A stretch of 64,000 nt of DNA from NCBI GenBank assembly GCA_026936335.1, contig JAPMXV010000033.1, positions 186,001 through 250,000 on the forward strand, given 5' to 3'. Under the pieces are notes generated by a model that saw only the letters and a list, made by a program, of their open reading frames with translations, was not told where the DNA came from and did no database searches. Each line of letters begins with the position of its first letter. Position 1 is the first letter of the stretch. Both the position numbers and the translations under genes were made by a program. This document shows positions 12,573 to 26,977 of the stretch, one piece after another. The DNA comes from Mantamonas sphyraenae STR306 (Eukaryota; Protista; CRuMs).

Positions 12573-13137
12573 GCATGCGTTGTCCACTGCTTGTCATCAC
12601 CAGACCGTTCACTTCTGCCAGCTTCTTTACCAGGTTGCTCTTCATGCGCACTCGCTGTGGTGATTCGTTGTTCGGTGAGATTCCTCCCGCGTCGTCACCA
12701 TACACTCTACCCCCCCGCCGCCCACCCCTTCCCACACACCCACCTCTGCCTCCAAACTCTCATCCGCTTGGAATGCATCCATTTGTTCCTTCGACTTGCC
12801 GTCCACCTTGACCAGAAGCCTGTGCGTGCGCACCTGTGCGTTGGACAACCACTCCACCGCATTGGCTGCCCCTGCAGCCTCGGCAAACTCGGCAAACCCA
12901 AACCCTCCCGTGATGGCACTTCCCATGCTTGTTCTCTTCCATTGCACCAGTTCACCACAGCACTGTGTTGCGTGCGTACAGCGTGTCAGTTCAGGGTGCC
13001 ATCGCCGTGATCACTCACCTAGCCTTCACTCCTCTTCCTCCCCCTTGTGGGGCTTCCACACCCACCTTGAGCAACTCCACAAGTTGGTCATCCGTCACCT
13101 GCATGGACAGGCGGCTGATAAACACAGACAGGGTCAT
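10867..13137 (-). CDS. RBM25: RBM25/Snu71-like RRM-PWI splicing factor; exons 13137-13066, 12962-12744, 12654-10867
   Basis: VFISRL...LLK|CCGELVQWKR...GFGFAEF RRM, YDDERD motif, C-terminal PWI-like domain (SLLGAPDADLRAFV...DDATRFVDTVW). Both GTGGGT...CAG introns are in frame. Confidence 0.85.
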
Positions 13138-13195
13138 GGTGCGTGTCTGGATTTGTTGCGACTGGGCAGGCAAAGGAAAACCAGGAAGCACGAGG

Positions 13196-14914
<1,719 letters not shown>

Positions 14915-14964
14915 AACCAACTTTGCGTGTGTTTTTGCCGTCCCAATTTGTTTTCCGAAACCCC

Positions 14965-16255
14965 TCACATCTTGTCTGCAATGTTGCTCAGGTGTGTGTC
15001 GATCTGCTCAGTAGTGAGCTTGACAAAGCCCTTGCTGGTGGACACACCCACCTCGAGCTCGTTGGACTTGAGGTCAGAACCGAGCATGCGCTGCAACGAG
15101 TCGATGGCTGTCTCGATGGTCTCATCCTGGTCCATGTCCTCTGCCTCCGCCATGGTCTTTTCCAGCAGAGTGGTTCCTTCCGTCTCCTTGACTCCCGTGC
15201 ACGTGGCCGTGTATCCGACGGTGTATCCGCCAGGATCAACCTTGTACAGGGCGGGGCCTCCCTCCTCGTCCACACCGCAGAAGATGCAAGTCACGCCCAA
15301 AGGACGCATCCAAGCATGCTGTGTCCACAGCTGTGCCATGTCTGCAATTCGTGCGGCCACCTGATCCACAGGGATCTCGTACCCGTATTTGTACTTGAAC
15401 TCGGCCGCCTCCTGGCGAGCACGCTGCACCAGTACACGTCCGTCAGCTGTTGCACACGGTTATATCACCATCGCACATGTACAGTGTGCACACATGTGTC
15501 TTTGGTGTCAGTGAACAGAGTCTCACGCGCTGCGTGTGTGTGTGTGTGTGCGTCTTTCGGAATAACCCACCAATCATTCCCGTCACCACGCAGCCGATGT
15601 TTGGCGTGATGTTGAACATGTGTGTCACCGTGTCTGCGTCCAGCAGCTTGTCCTATTGGTGAGGTTGCGTGTGCGTGTGCATTTGTGTATGTGTGTACGC
15701 ATGTGTGTGTCAGCAGGAGAAAGGAGCAGCAAAGGAGCTGAGCGGAAACCCTCCCAAACAACGCAACGCACCGGCACACGCTTCTCCGTGACAATGGCCA
15801 CACTGTCGTCGCCACGCACGCCCACAGACGTCAATCCCTCCGACTTGATAGCCTTGAACGCATACTCTGTACACCGTCGCCCACTGTGTGTCAGTTTTGG
15901 GGTCTCCTCCACCCTGCGTTGCTTTGGCCGGAATCATCGGCTCGCTGGCACTGCACCCAAAACAGCCCCTCTGCCATCGTTTTGAGGTTCCTATGGGTGA
16001 CACAATGCCACCCACGTCCTCTCACACAGCCACCATCCACCCACATCACGACGGCGCAGACGCCATGGGGCACATCCGCCCTCCTGGCGCGCGTGTTCAT
16101 GGCCCAGACGGAAATGGAGCCCACGCAGGTGCGCTCCTTCTCACCCCTCCACGCACACACACACTCCAATGCAACCTACCGACTTGGTACAGACGCCCAT
16201 CAGGCGAAAAGATGGTGATGTGCCGATCCCACTGGCCCTGCGAAGCTCTGGACAT
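14965..16255 (-). CDS. PSMA6: 20S proteasome subunit alpha-1 (alpha type-6); exons 16255-16180, 15866-15772, 15652-15571, 15446-14965
   Basis: [47 protein letters not shown]; all three introns are GT-AG and in frame. Confidence 0.95.
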
Positions 16256-16321
16256 GGTCTGGTGGCGTCGGGCGATGCGTTGGCTGGCCCAGAGGAAGCG
16301 AACAGAGAGAGGGTGAGAGAA

Positions 16322-16873
16322 ATGGACGTCGAAGACACAAGTCAGGGCAATGTCGACGCACAGCTCACCTCGCTGGTGGAAGCCATGGACGAGTTTGAAC
16401 CTGTGGTGAGTGTCTGCCCCTCGTGCTATGTGTGTGTGTGTGTGTGCTGTGTGCACAGACGCCCGCGCCGTCAGCAGCAGGTCCCAGAGGAAAACCACCC
16501 GCCTGTGTCAAGCATGGGGTACTGACACCCGTGGACCGTCGTTGTCCTGTGACTACAGATTCCGTCCGAGGTGATTGAGTACTTTCTGGAAAAGGGGGGC
16601 TTCCACTCGTCGGACGAGGACGTGGTGAAGCTGGTGAATGTGGCCACGCAGAAGTTTGTCACCGACCTGGTCAACGACTCGGTCCATTTCACGCGCATCC
16701 GTGAGCAGCGGGAGAGCGGACGCACACGCACAAAGGTCAGCCACAAGCGTATCATGAAGACAGAAGACGTCCAACAGGCCCTGGCGCAGATTGGCATCAG
16801 CGTCAACAAACCCGACTACTTTGCCGACTCGGCCAACGTCGACGTCGAAGAGGAGGAGGAAGAGGAGCAGTGA
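16322..16873 (+). CDS. TAF10: TFIID subunit TAF10; exons 16322-16405, 16559-16873
   Basis: MDEFEPV|IPSEVIEYFLEKGGF.SSD...ATQKFVTDLVNDS...EDVQQAL...GISVNKPDYF histone-fold signature. Confidence 0.9.
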
Positions 16874-16886
16874 GAACACAGAGAAC

Positions 16887-16889
<3 letters not shown>

Positions 16890-16930
<41 letters not shown>
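16890..16930. repeat. (CA)n microsatellite between convergent TAF10 and EML stops
   Basis: About 20 perfect dinucleotide units. Confidence 0.95.
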
Positions 16931-16931
<1 letters not shown>

Positions 16932-16953
16932 GGCATGATGGGATTGCATTCTC

Positions 16954-19812
16954 TCAGAAACTCTCTTGGTCGTCCTCCTCCTCATCCTCAATGTCTCCTT
17001 GGGTGGTGGTGGTGGTGGTGCTGGTGGTATCCCGTCCCGCGGACTCACGGTGCCACAGGGCCACCACTGTGTCCAACCCACCTGTGGAGACCAGGGTGGT
17101 GTCCGAGTGGGTGAAGCGCACGTTGGTGACGTGGCTGCTGTGGCATTCAAACGACACCCCCTGTGCATCCAAACGGGTGGCCGGATACTGATACAGGGTC
17201 ACCTTTCCAAAGTCGTCTCCCAGGGCAACCAGTGTGCCGTCACGGCTGGCGTGTGTGGCGTTGATGTCTGTGCCATCCATCCCGTGCTCCCAGATGCCAA
17301 TCACCGGCCAGCCCAGCACACACGTCCACGTGTGCCAATCACGGTCTCGCACCTGCGATGGGAATGTCACCTTGCGTCCGTTGTCACTGTTCCAGTACAG
17401 GTGTTCGTAGTCGCCGCAGTCGCTCTGCAGCACCTTGCCGTCCTTCGACCAATCCACATGCGTGATGTAGCTGCTGTGGCCCTTGCACACTGCCATCCGC
17501 TTGCACGTGCCTGTCTCTCCGTCAAAGCTGTACAGGTCGATAAAGTTATCATGGGACCCCACTGCCAGGTGAGTGCCATCGGGCGAAAACTTGAGGTCGC
17601 TGATCTGCTCCCGACGGTGCTGCACAACCTCCACCTCCTTCAGGCTCCCACTGTCCGCCTCGTTCAGCAGCACCACAAACGTGCCGTCGTTCAGCCCCAC
17701 TGCCAGCCATCGTCCGTCCGGCGAGAACGCACAGCTGCGTGCCTTGTCGCTCACCGTCGTCATGTACGCCATCCGCTTGCCCTTCACATCCCACACACGC
17801 ACCGTCTTGTCATCCGACACCGTTGCCACCACCTCTTCCGTCGGGTGATCTGCAAGACCCCACGTCTCGCCAAAGTGACCGCTCGCAAGCACCTCCAGCA
17901 CAGGCGCTGCCTTGGCCTCTTGTGCCACGCTCGTGATGCCAGCCTGGCCGGCAGAACCGTCTCCATCACCGGACGAGGAGGAAGAAGAGGAGGAGGACGA
18001 CGACGACGAATCATCGGCGGCCAGTGGCGTGCGCACCTCGACAATCTCGTTTGTGTTGCTGCCTCCCAGCAGACACAGGTGGTTGTCCCGCACGAGGACG
18101 TCCAAGGAGCGCAGGGAAAGGTAGGCGTTGAACACCAGACCCTTGGCGGTGTCGTCGACGAGCGGGGCCAGTTCGATTTGACGCAACACCTGCGTCACTT
18201 CTTCGTCGTACATGCACACCACCGCATCCTTGCCCGCCGTAAACAGACCGTACTCGGGCGAACTGCACATGGCAAACACACCGCCCTTGTGGGCCTGCAC
18301 CGAACGCACCAACACATTGGTGTTCCACACGTAGATCTCTCCCGACCTCGTGCCCGACAGCGTGTACCCCGTGTGTGGCGAGAAGCCCAAGGACAACACA
18401 GTCTGCAGCTCTCCCTTCTTGCCAAACACGCCTCGCTTGCCCTCCAGCCGTCCCTCTTCGTTGAGCTTGAAGAACTTGATGTGTTTTGTGCCGCAGATCA
18501 CCACTGTCTCGTCCTGCGGATGCATGCTCACATGCAACACCTTGTCCGTGTGTCCATTGGCCGACGTCAACGCACGCTGCTTCTGCCAATCCCACAACAC
18601 CACGGTGTGGTTGTTGTCGTTGCCCACAGACACCAGTCGAGTCCCGTCCGCATTGAAAGCCAGGCATGCCACTGCACGACTGTGCTGTCCCTCCAAACGT
18701 GCCACCTGTTCCATGCTATCCACGTCCCACACACAAATGTACGCATCAGTGCGTCCCAGAGGATCCACCTGACCCGTGGCAACCAGCTTGCCCGACGGAT
18801 GCAACGCCAGGCTGCAGATGTCATCGTTGTGCCCGTGGAAGAACCGTTGTTCCAGTGTCTGTGTGTTCATCACCACTCCCACAGCTGCCACGTGGAACAC
18901 AACCTCCTGTTCGTTCCCTGGCAGGTAGAACAGATTCCCGCGCGCGTCATGTCCCCGGTAGCCCATTCTGTACACACACGCACACACGGCCGTCCACCAT
19001 CCATGTGTCCTTTCGTGTCAGTTGACAATTGCCAAGTGTCCAATGCCCCACCTCCTTCTTCTCCTCTCTCTTCTCTCTCCTGTTTGTGCCTTGGATGGTC
19101 CGTGTTTCTTCCCTTCACCGTCCGGACCGTTGACGATTTCGCGCGCCTCAGCGTCATCGTCTTCTGGACGGCGCTGCTGCGCTGCATGCACGTACACAAA
19201 GGCCATGTACACACGGTGGGATCTACACGCATCATCTCAACGTGCTCTGTGCATGTGTGCCCAACAACACGATTGTGGGGGGGGGGCGTCTGGGAAAACT
19301 CACACATGACCCAAGCGCAAACCCTCTTGCGGCGGAGACCCTGCGTTGGCTGGCTCTTCATAGTCCGACCGCGGATACACCGTGGTACGACAGTGGGGAT
19401 ACTTGATGCCCTCCATGTGCTCGTGTTCCACGCGTGCGTGCGTGCGTGCGCTCAGGGGCGCCGTTTGCGGTCGTTGTTTCCCGCGACCCGTCGTCGTCTT
19501 GCTGGAGCTGCCCTTGGGCGACATCCGCCGACCGCCACTGCTTTTGGGCGACGCCAGACTCAGGGCCATGCCACTGCTGCCACCACTGCTGCTTCCGCTG
19601 CCACTGGTTGCCAGAACGCCGCTGGTGTTGAGGGACAGTGTGCTTGTCGACGACGATGAGACGGATGACGACGCCGCTGCTGCCACCTGCAACTTCAGCT
19701 CCTCCACCTGTCCGCTCAGATGGGCCACTGCATGGGTCAACACCAAAATCTGCTCATCCTTGCTCGCCACAACCTTTTCCAATGCTGCGAGACGCTCCTC
19801 CACCGATGACAT
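16954..19812 (-). CDS. Echinoderm microtubule-associated protein-like (EML/EMAP): coiled coil, HELP motif, WD40 TAPE domain; exons 19812-19304, 18967-16954
   Basis: N-terminal VEERLAALEK coiled coil; PPQEGLRLGHV|MGYRGHDARGNLFY HELP motif; GHSSYITHVDWS, WTCVLGWPVIGIW, HSSHVTNVRF. Confidence 0.92.
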
Positions 19813-19868
19813 TGCGAGAATGGGGTGTTGTGTTTTGTTTGGCTCCAGCTGTGCACTCACACTCACTC

Positions 19869-22800
19869 CTACCTCCTGGCCACTCCTGTCTTTTTGCCCT
19901 TTCGCTTCTTCTGTCGTCCACCCTTGCCACTTGCCGTCGTCCCTCCTTCGGGTTCGTACAGGTGCTTGCTCACAGCCTCATCGAAACTCACAGACCGTGA
20001 CTGATCCAACTCACTGCCCACCGGTGTTCCACTGTTGCTGCTACTGCTGCTATTGCTTCCAAGCACCCCGTCACCGCTTTGTGACGTGCTCATGGCCTCA
20101 CTTGCTGCTTTGCGGCTCCTGCCACCGGCTTGCTCTGCCGACGGCGCTCCTTCCTGCGGCGGTTGCGGCTGTGCCGGTGCTTTGCGTTCCCCCGTGCCAT
20201 TGTTCAGCAATGCAGAGCCACTGGCTGTGCGTTCGATGCGTGGCAATGATGGTGTGGCGCTTGCACCGGATCCACCACCACCATCACTTCCGTTTGCTCC
20301 CGGACGCACCACCACAGAATCATCCACAGCTGCAATCTGTGTCATTGTGCTGCTCCCGCCCTCTTCAACCTTTTCCCCATCCTGTGCATCCTCTCCCACC
20401 TCATCGTGGTCGTCGTCCCCCTGTATCTGTCCCGCAGGCTGCTGTTGCTGCGGCCCCTCTGCCTCCTTGCGTTGTGGTTGCATTTTGACTCCTGTCGCCA
20501 ACATCTCATCTGTGCCTTCATCTGTGGCAAACCCAAGTGTGCCTGGTGTGCCTGTGCCACTCTCGTCCACATCGCCGTCGTAATCCACCACCACCTCGTC
20601 TGCCTGATCGTCGCCTTCAGGTCCCTCACGCCCCACAGCCACGATGCGCTTCTTGCCCACCGCACGTGGCTGTCGTGCCACTGTCTTGGGACTGACCCGT
20701 TCGCTCACATGCATCCTTCCCGTCTTCAGAAACTCGCCCGTTTCGTCCTCGCTCATGTCTCCCGATGGGGTCACTCCCGACGCCTGCGTCGACACACCGG
20801 CGCGATCAAAAACCAAAACCCATGCGGCCCGTGCCACCTCCTCCCGTTCCACCTCCTGCCGGATGGTTGTTGTGTGGATGGTTGGGCATGGCTGGCAGAG
20901 TGTAGCCGCTGTCCGAATGGGGCTCGTCGCTCCCGGCTGTCGGCTCTCCAATCATCAGCTTGCGTGCCTCCTCTTCCATCTCTGTGCTGGGCACAGAGTC
21001 CAACCCTCGCGACTGGCGGAAGGTGACGTTTTCACGCATGTTGTGCCTGCGCTTGCGCTGTTGCAGGTCCCTGTTCACCACCGGCCTGAATGTGGGGTTG
21101 TTCACAGGCCTGGGCATCACCGGAATCGGCGCCGCCACCTTGTGCTCATGTGGCAGTGGACGGTTGCACGCCAGACACACCTGCTGGAACGACTTGGAGC
21201 TGCGTTTCTTGGCGCTGCCGTACGTGCTGTCCCCGTCGTCGTCGTCGTCGTCCCCCTTCAGCGCACCTGCTCCGTGCATCATCAGATTGGACTGAAGGTT
21301 CGTAAAGTACATCTGCGTGGTTTCCAGATCCTCCTGCAGCAGGTCCAGATCCGAAGCCACCCGGTCTTCCAGGTCGCCCGTCCGTTCCTTGACAAATGCC
21401 TTCATCTTTTCCAGCTTGTCGTCCACATACTCACGCGACGGCTTCAGTGCCAGCGCCTTTGCGTCGGCCTTGGTGTTGATCTCGTGGTAAAACTCGGTGC
21501 GATCCAACTTGGTCAGGGTCAGCGTGGCAATCTGCTTTGCGTGACGCACCACAAGGTCACGCAGGTACTTGAACGCCGTCGTCGTTTCCTCCATGCTCAA
21601 TGGGTCCACACCCTCGGGCACTGCAGAGTGCAGACCAAACTTGCCACCGGCAGCACCGGTGAGAGACGGTGATGATTGCAACCCACCACCACCACCACCA
21701 CCCTGCTGCTGCTGTTGTTGCTGGCCACCACCACCGCCACCGCCACCCACGTGGCCACCAGAGGTGAGCAGCTCCAGCGTCTGACGCAAGCCGCTGACTT
21801 CCTGTGCCAGGCGTTGGTTGTCGCGGAAGAGCGTGTTGAGGTGTGCCTCCTGCCTGTTCATCTGGGCCATGGTTGTGTTGACGTTGTTGGCCATGGGACC
21901 CCATGCCATGGCAATGGATGTCAAATCCACGTCGGGCAAGTCCTCCTCTTCACCCGTCATCAGTCCGTTGCTCTCGCGCAGGTTGCGCATGCCCACGCGC
22001 ACGTCGTCAATCTCCTCTTGCAGCTTCAGCACCGAGTTGAACAACACCTGGTTGCGCTCTTGGTCGTCGTTCACAGAACGTGTGCGTGTCAACGGCGATG
22101 TGCGATCCAGGTCGGCAAACGGACTGTTGCGTCCGGCGCCGCTTGCGCTTCCTCCACGGCTGCCCGGACGCGGTGTGCGACGGCTGCTTGTGGTGCTGCC
22201 TCTGCTCGACGGACGTCCACTGGCGCCACCGACGCCTCCTCCTCCACGCTCGTCAACCTCTTCAATCACAGACTGCGACAGATTGGACAGCGAACGTTCC
22301 TTGCGTCGTGATCCCGGGCGGTTGCTACCACCGCTGCTGGATTCGGGCCGTGCCGACGTCGTCACCTGCTTGTTCAGATCCAACATCTGCTTGCGCACTT
22401 CCTTGATGGCCTTGACCACACGGTCGACCCTATCCCACGTCTTGGTCATCTCCTCACGCATGTCCACCACGGTCTGGTGATCGTTGACCACAATCGAGCG
22501 CAGGTTGGACGTCGACAGCACATGTGCCGTCGTCTCCTTGATGTATGTCTTGATCTCACTCTTGCTCATGCTCAGGGCCTCACGCGACAATCCGCTGCTG
22601 CCGCCACTCTGTGAAGGCCCTGTCGAGCGCGAATCCTGCGACGCCCCCGACGGCGATGTCGATCGCCTCTTGCTGTTCACCGCAGAGTCACCCAACACTT
22701 CCAACAACTCGGCCGCACTGGGACGTCGTTGCAATGCCAGCCGCTCCCTGCGTGCTGCCATGCGGTCAAGATTCGACTGCGTGGGAGTTCCTCCCATGCC

Positions 22801-24453
22801 GCCACCAGACGTCCCTCCTTCTTCTCCTCCTTCCACTCCACTGGTCGGCGATCCAAGCGTCTTTGCCACAGGCACCGAAGACGCCCATCCACTCGGCGGG
22901 CCTGTGCGTGGCGAGCTGGCACCCATCGACTGTCCACGTTCACGTTCGGTTTGCTGCTGCTGCTGTGTGCTCGTCATCGATGTGTCCACCTGCAGAGGGT
23001 GCTGCGTTTGTTGCTGTTCTCCAGAGGCATCGGTGGCGCTTGCAACTTCGGCAGCCGCCTGTGCCTCGGCTTCACCGGCTGCCGTTGCTGCTGCTGCTGC
23101 TGCCCTTGCTTCTGCTTCGTCATCTGCACGTGTGTGCATGCGTGTGCCCGTGACAGGTCCCACACGTTCGCCCCCTTCGTCGCTTTCTTCGCCCTCCTGG
23201 CTGCCCTGGTCGCTGTTGTTGCTGCCTTCGTTGTCGTTGTCGTCGTCGTCGTCTCGTGCTCGAGCCCCTCCTCCAGGCACAGCCTCGTCACCGGGCGCTG
23301 CCACGTGCTGCTGAGCATCCATGTCTGCATCTCCCTGTGTGCTACTGTCGTGTGCACCCATCAGCACAGGTGCGCTGTTGGTGGAGTGCAACTGCGGCAC
23401 GCTTGCTTTGCGGTCGCCCTTTTTCGTCAGCCACACGTCCACTGTGTTGCGTTTGCGGATCTGATCACGCACGTTGTCGTTGCGATCCAGCATGTTGACT
23501 GTCTTTTCCAAATCGTAGATCTTGTCCTGCATCTCGCGCACTCGCTCCACGCCTGCGAAATTCAGGCTCACGTTTTCAATCGACTGCGCCGTACGCTTCT
23601 CCGCCAGCGCCAACGACTCTTTCAACTCCTCCACCTCCTCCTCCATCTTGAGCACCTGTGTGGAGGTGCGTTGTGCAGACGCAAAGTACACCTCCTGGTC
23701 GGCTTCCAGCTGCTCCATCTTCTCGGCGTGCTCGTTCAGCTGCGCCTGGTACACGTCTTCGTTCTCCATCTTCTTCTTTTCAATCTTAAAGTGTTCCACC
23801 TCCTTTTCCACTGCCTCCACACGGTGCACCACGTCACTCAGCATGCCCATCAGCTTGACTTGCTTCTGCTTCTGCACCAACACGGTCCTCTCCAGGTCTT
23901 CCACCTCCCGTTCCCGCTTGCTCTTCTCCTCCTTCACTGCCTCTTCCAATGCCTCCACACGTGACTCCTGGTCCCCCATCGATTCCACCATCTGCTGCAG
24001 AAACACCGTCAGGTTGGAGAAATTCAACTGCAGCAGATTGTTCAGCAGCCGATCCCCGCCTCCACGCATGCTGGTGCTGCCGCGCAGACCACGTCGTCCG
24101 TTGCCACTGTCACTGCCTCCTCCGTTCTGCCGTTCGCGCCCGTCGTCGCTGTCGCTGTCGCCGGGTGAGCCCGAGCCCTCTGCCGAGCTCGAAATTTGTA
24201 CGTTGCCCCCGTCGAGTTTGTACTCGTCCTCAGGGCCGTCTGTGCTGCCTTCAGATTGCGTGCGCGAGCTCAGCGCCTGCGCAGAGGATGCCTGTGTGTG
24301 CGGCGACCCTGCAAGGCCACCCTCCGATGTCTTGTCGCCGGCACGGGTTACCGACGACTTGCTGCGCCTCATGCTCTTTTTGGTCGTTCCGGGCGAGCCC
24401 AGATGACGCACCTGCTGCTTCTTGGCCGATTCCAACAACGCACGGTCACTCAT
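19869..24453 (-). CDS. QRICH2/DUF4795-like coiled-coil protein (~1,527 aa if joined across an extra T at 20808-20812)
   Basis: KLDRTEFYHEINTKADAKALALKPSREYVD and CLACNRPL resemble DUF4795/QRICH2. The 1215-aa ORF ends at GGT TTT TGA, and removing one T continues into the 19869-20951 ORF. Confidence 0.6.
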
Positions 24454-24543
24454 TGCAACGTGTGGAAATGTGCCTTGCGTGCTGTGGTCTCGGAAAAACG
24501 GTGCTTTTTTTTGTTGGGTGGGATTGGTGGAGCAGCCCTTCGC

Positions 24544-26977
24544 CTAGCAGCACACCTTGCCATGCTTCTGCTTGTGGTCGCGCATGAGCTTGATGATGAC
24601 AATGAGAACGACGAGACCGACGGCAGCGAGAATGGGCACGCCATAACGTTCCCAGTCGAGGAGAGACTGGGCATTGGGGTCGACAATGGGGTTCTCGGGG
24701 TTGTCGGCTGTGATTTCCGTGCCATGCACAATCAACTCCCACGAAGTGAACACTCCAGAGATGCCCGACTTGAGATCACGGACCTGAAGGGTGTACGAAC
24801 CGCGCGAACTTTCGCCCCAATGACGCAGCGTCTTGAAGGACCATCCGTTGTAGTTTGCGTTTGTATCTGCATGTGGGGTGGCCAGAATGGATTCGACTTC
24901 AAACTCGGTGCCCCTGTTCTTGAACAAACGGATGTCCAGGTGGCCTCGCGACGGGTGGAGAATGTTCACCTTGACCTCCACGTACTCTGTGATGATGTTG
25001 TCCTTGTCTTGGACAGCGTATTCGGCAGTCACTCCGTTGCTTCCGTCGTTGTCCGGGATGAACGAGTTGACAATGTTGGACCCCGATGTCTGTGTGCGGT
25101 GTGAGGGGTGTGCGTGAGCATTGTGTGTGTGTGTGTGTCTGATCTTCTGGGGTCTGTGTGGTCACTGTGTGATTGATCACTCACCTTGTTGACAAGAGCA
25201 GGCTTGAGTTTCCAGTCCTTTGCCTTCTTGATGGCTTCGGCCGTGTCGATGAGGCCAAAGCCGTAAATGTGCGAGTGGCGCCATCCGACAGGGTTGGTCT
25301 TCCAGTCGCTGTTGTCGTTGTCAACCTTCTTGGAGGAGACAGAAAGGATGTGTTGTACGTCACGATAGGTGAGGGCATTGTTGGACTGCAGCAAGAGGGC
25401 CATCGTGCCTGCAGCAATGCCTGTCGCAGCACTGGTCCCACCAAATCCAGACAAGCACGTGCCTCCCACGTACCCGGCCGAACCAGACCGATCGGTGGTC
25501 AGAATGCCGGCGGAGTACTGGTCACCCTTGGACGGAGCCACCACAAACATGGCAGCACACGGCTCGGAGCCAACAGAGGTTCCCGATGCCTGCTTGCCAT
25601 CCATGTCGACAGCACCCACGGCAATGGTGTGGATGCTGTTTGCATAGCCATCGTAGTTGCAGTTGTCATTGTTGGGCAAGCCATTGCCGGCAGCAAAGAG
25701 GATGACGGCCCCCTTTCCTCCGCGACCCGTCTGCACAGCCGTCTTGAGGGCATCCGAGGCCAGAGTACCCGGTCCCTGCAAGCGTTGAGCATCGTCCTTG
25801 GGACCCCAACTGTTGGAGTAGATGTCAATCTGCTGCAACTTGTGCGTGAACGCTGCGGCCTCCTGGGAGTCTGTGGTGGGCTCGGCCACCAGACGCAAAC
25901 CAGCAAGGGCAGCCCGAAAGGCAGCACCGACACCGCATTCGTTGTTGTCACGTGCCAATGCACACCCTGCACAGGCCGTGCCATGGTTGTCTGTGCTTGC
26001 CACGGGGGACGGGTCGCTGTCGTCATCGTTGAAGTCGTAGCTGTTGTGGGGTGGTGGGGATGATTGAGTGAGTGAGTGAGTGAGTGAGTGAGTGAGGCAC
26101 ATTGGGTCACACACACACACACACACACACACACGCGTCACACGTACCTCAGGGCGGCGTTGTAGTTGGGCTGCAGATCCGGCTGCGTGGTGTCGACGCC
26201 GTCGTCGACAATGCCAATGGTGACACCCTGACCAAGGATGTCCTGGGTCCTGTGGGCACATAAACACGCGGGTGGGGCAACACAGGTGTGAGCGTTGTGG
26301 CCATGGCTGCGTTTTTTGGGCAGTAGCCGGAAGAGACGCGGGGCAAGGGCAATGTTTGCGTGGTGGCGGCTGGCCGTGTGTGGGGGCACATACCATGCAC
26401 CGAGGACGTTGACGTCAATGCCAGGGGTGCCTGAATTCTGGCCGACGTTGGAAAGGTGCCACTGGTTTGGATAGTAAGGGTCGGAGGGGACCTTGCGTTT
26501 GGAGTGGGCGCGAGCCACTTGCTGCTCGGCCCACTGCACGCCTGGGTGCTGTTCGATCGAGTGAAGCACTGTGGTGGACAGAGCATCGTATTCAGCCTGG
26601 AGGAGCGTGTGCTGCTCTTTGTCCGATGCCTGTGCGTCGCTGGGGCTGTCCTTGTTGAACGAGGCGGCCACCGAGCTCTTGCCCAACGGCTTCTCCAGCA
26701 GGAAGCGACCTTTGAGGGCGCCAACAGGCCCCAGGAAGCGGAGAGAGAGGTCGGCAGCCACCCGACGGGCAGTTGCCTCATCGTTGCAACGGATGGCAAA
26801 CTGGTTGGTGGCCACACTGAGGACGCCATTGGAGTCGGTGGTGGCAAAACGAGCAAGGAGAGCCCGATCATAGGCCAACCTGGGCTGATCCGGGGCTCCA
26901 GCCACACTGCGCATGCCACACAACACACACAGCGCCATAAAGACAAGGCAAACACGAGGGAGGAGTGCACTTGTCAT
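24544..26977 (-). CDS. Kexin/furin-like proprotein convertase (S8B) with P domain and C-terminal TM; exons 26977-26394, 26249-26148, 26040-25185, 25089-24544
   Basis: Signal peptide, prodomain ending RAHSKR, DPYYPNQWHL, catalytic IVDDG / NHGTACAG / GGTSAA, oxyanion AAGNG, IDIYSNSWGP, P domain HPSRGHL...HWGESSRG, TM helix. Confidence 0.92.
26065..26096 (-). repeat. (CTCA)8 tetranucleotide array in kexin intron 2
   Basis: Eight TGAG copies on the plus strand. Confidence 0.9.

Noticed and set aside
16101-16122. GGCCCAGACGGAAATGGAGC resembling SRP RNA helix 8
   Set aside because: Lacks the AGCAG internal loop, an Alu domain and a Pol III terminator.
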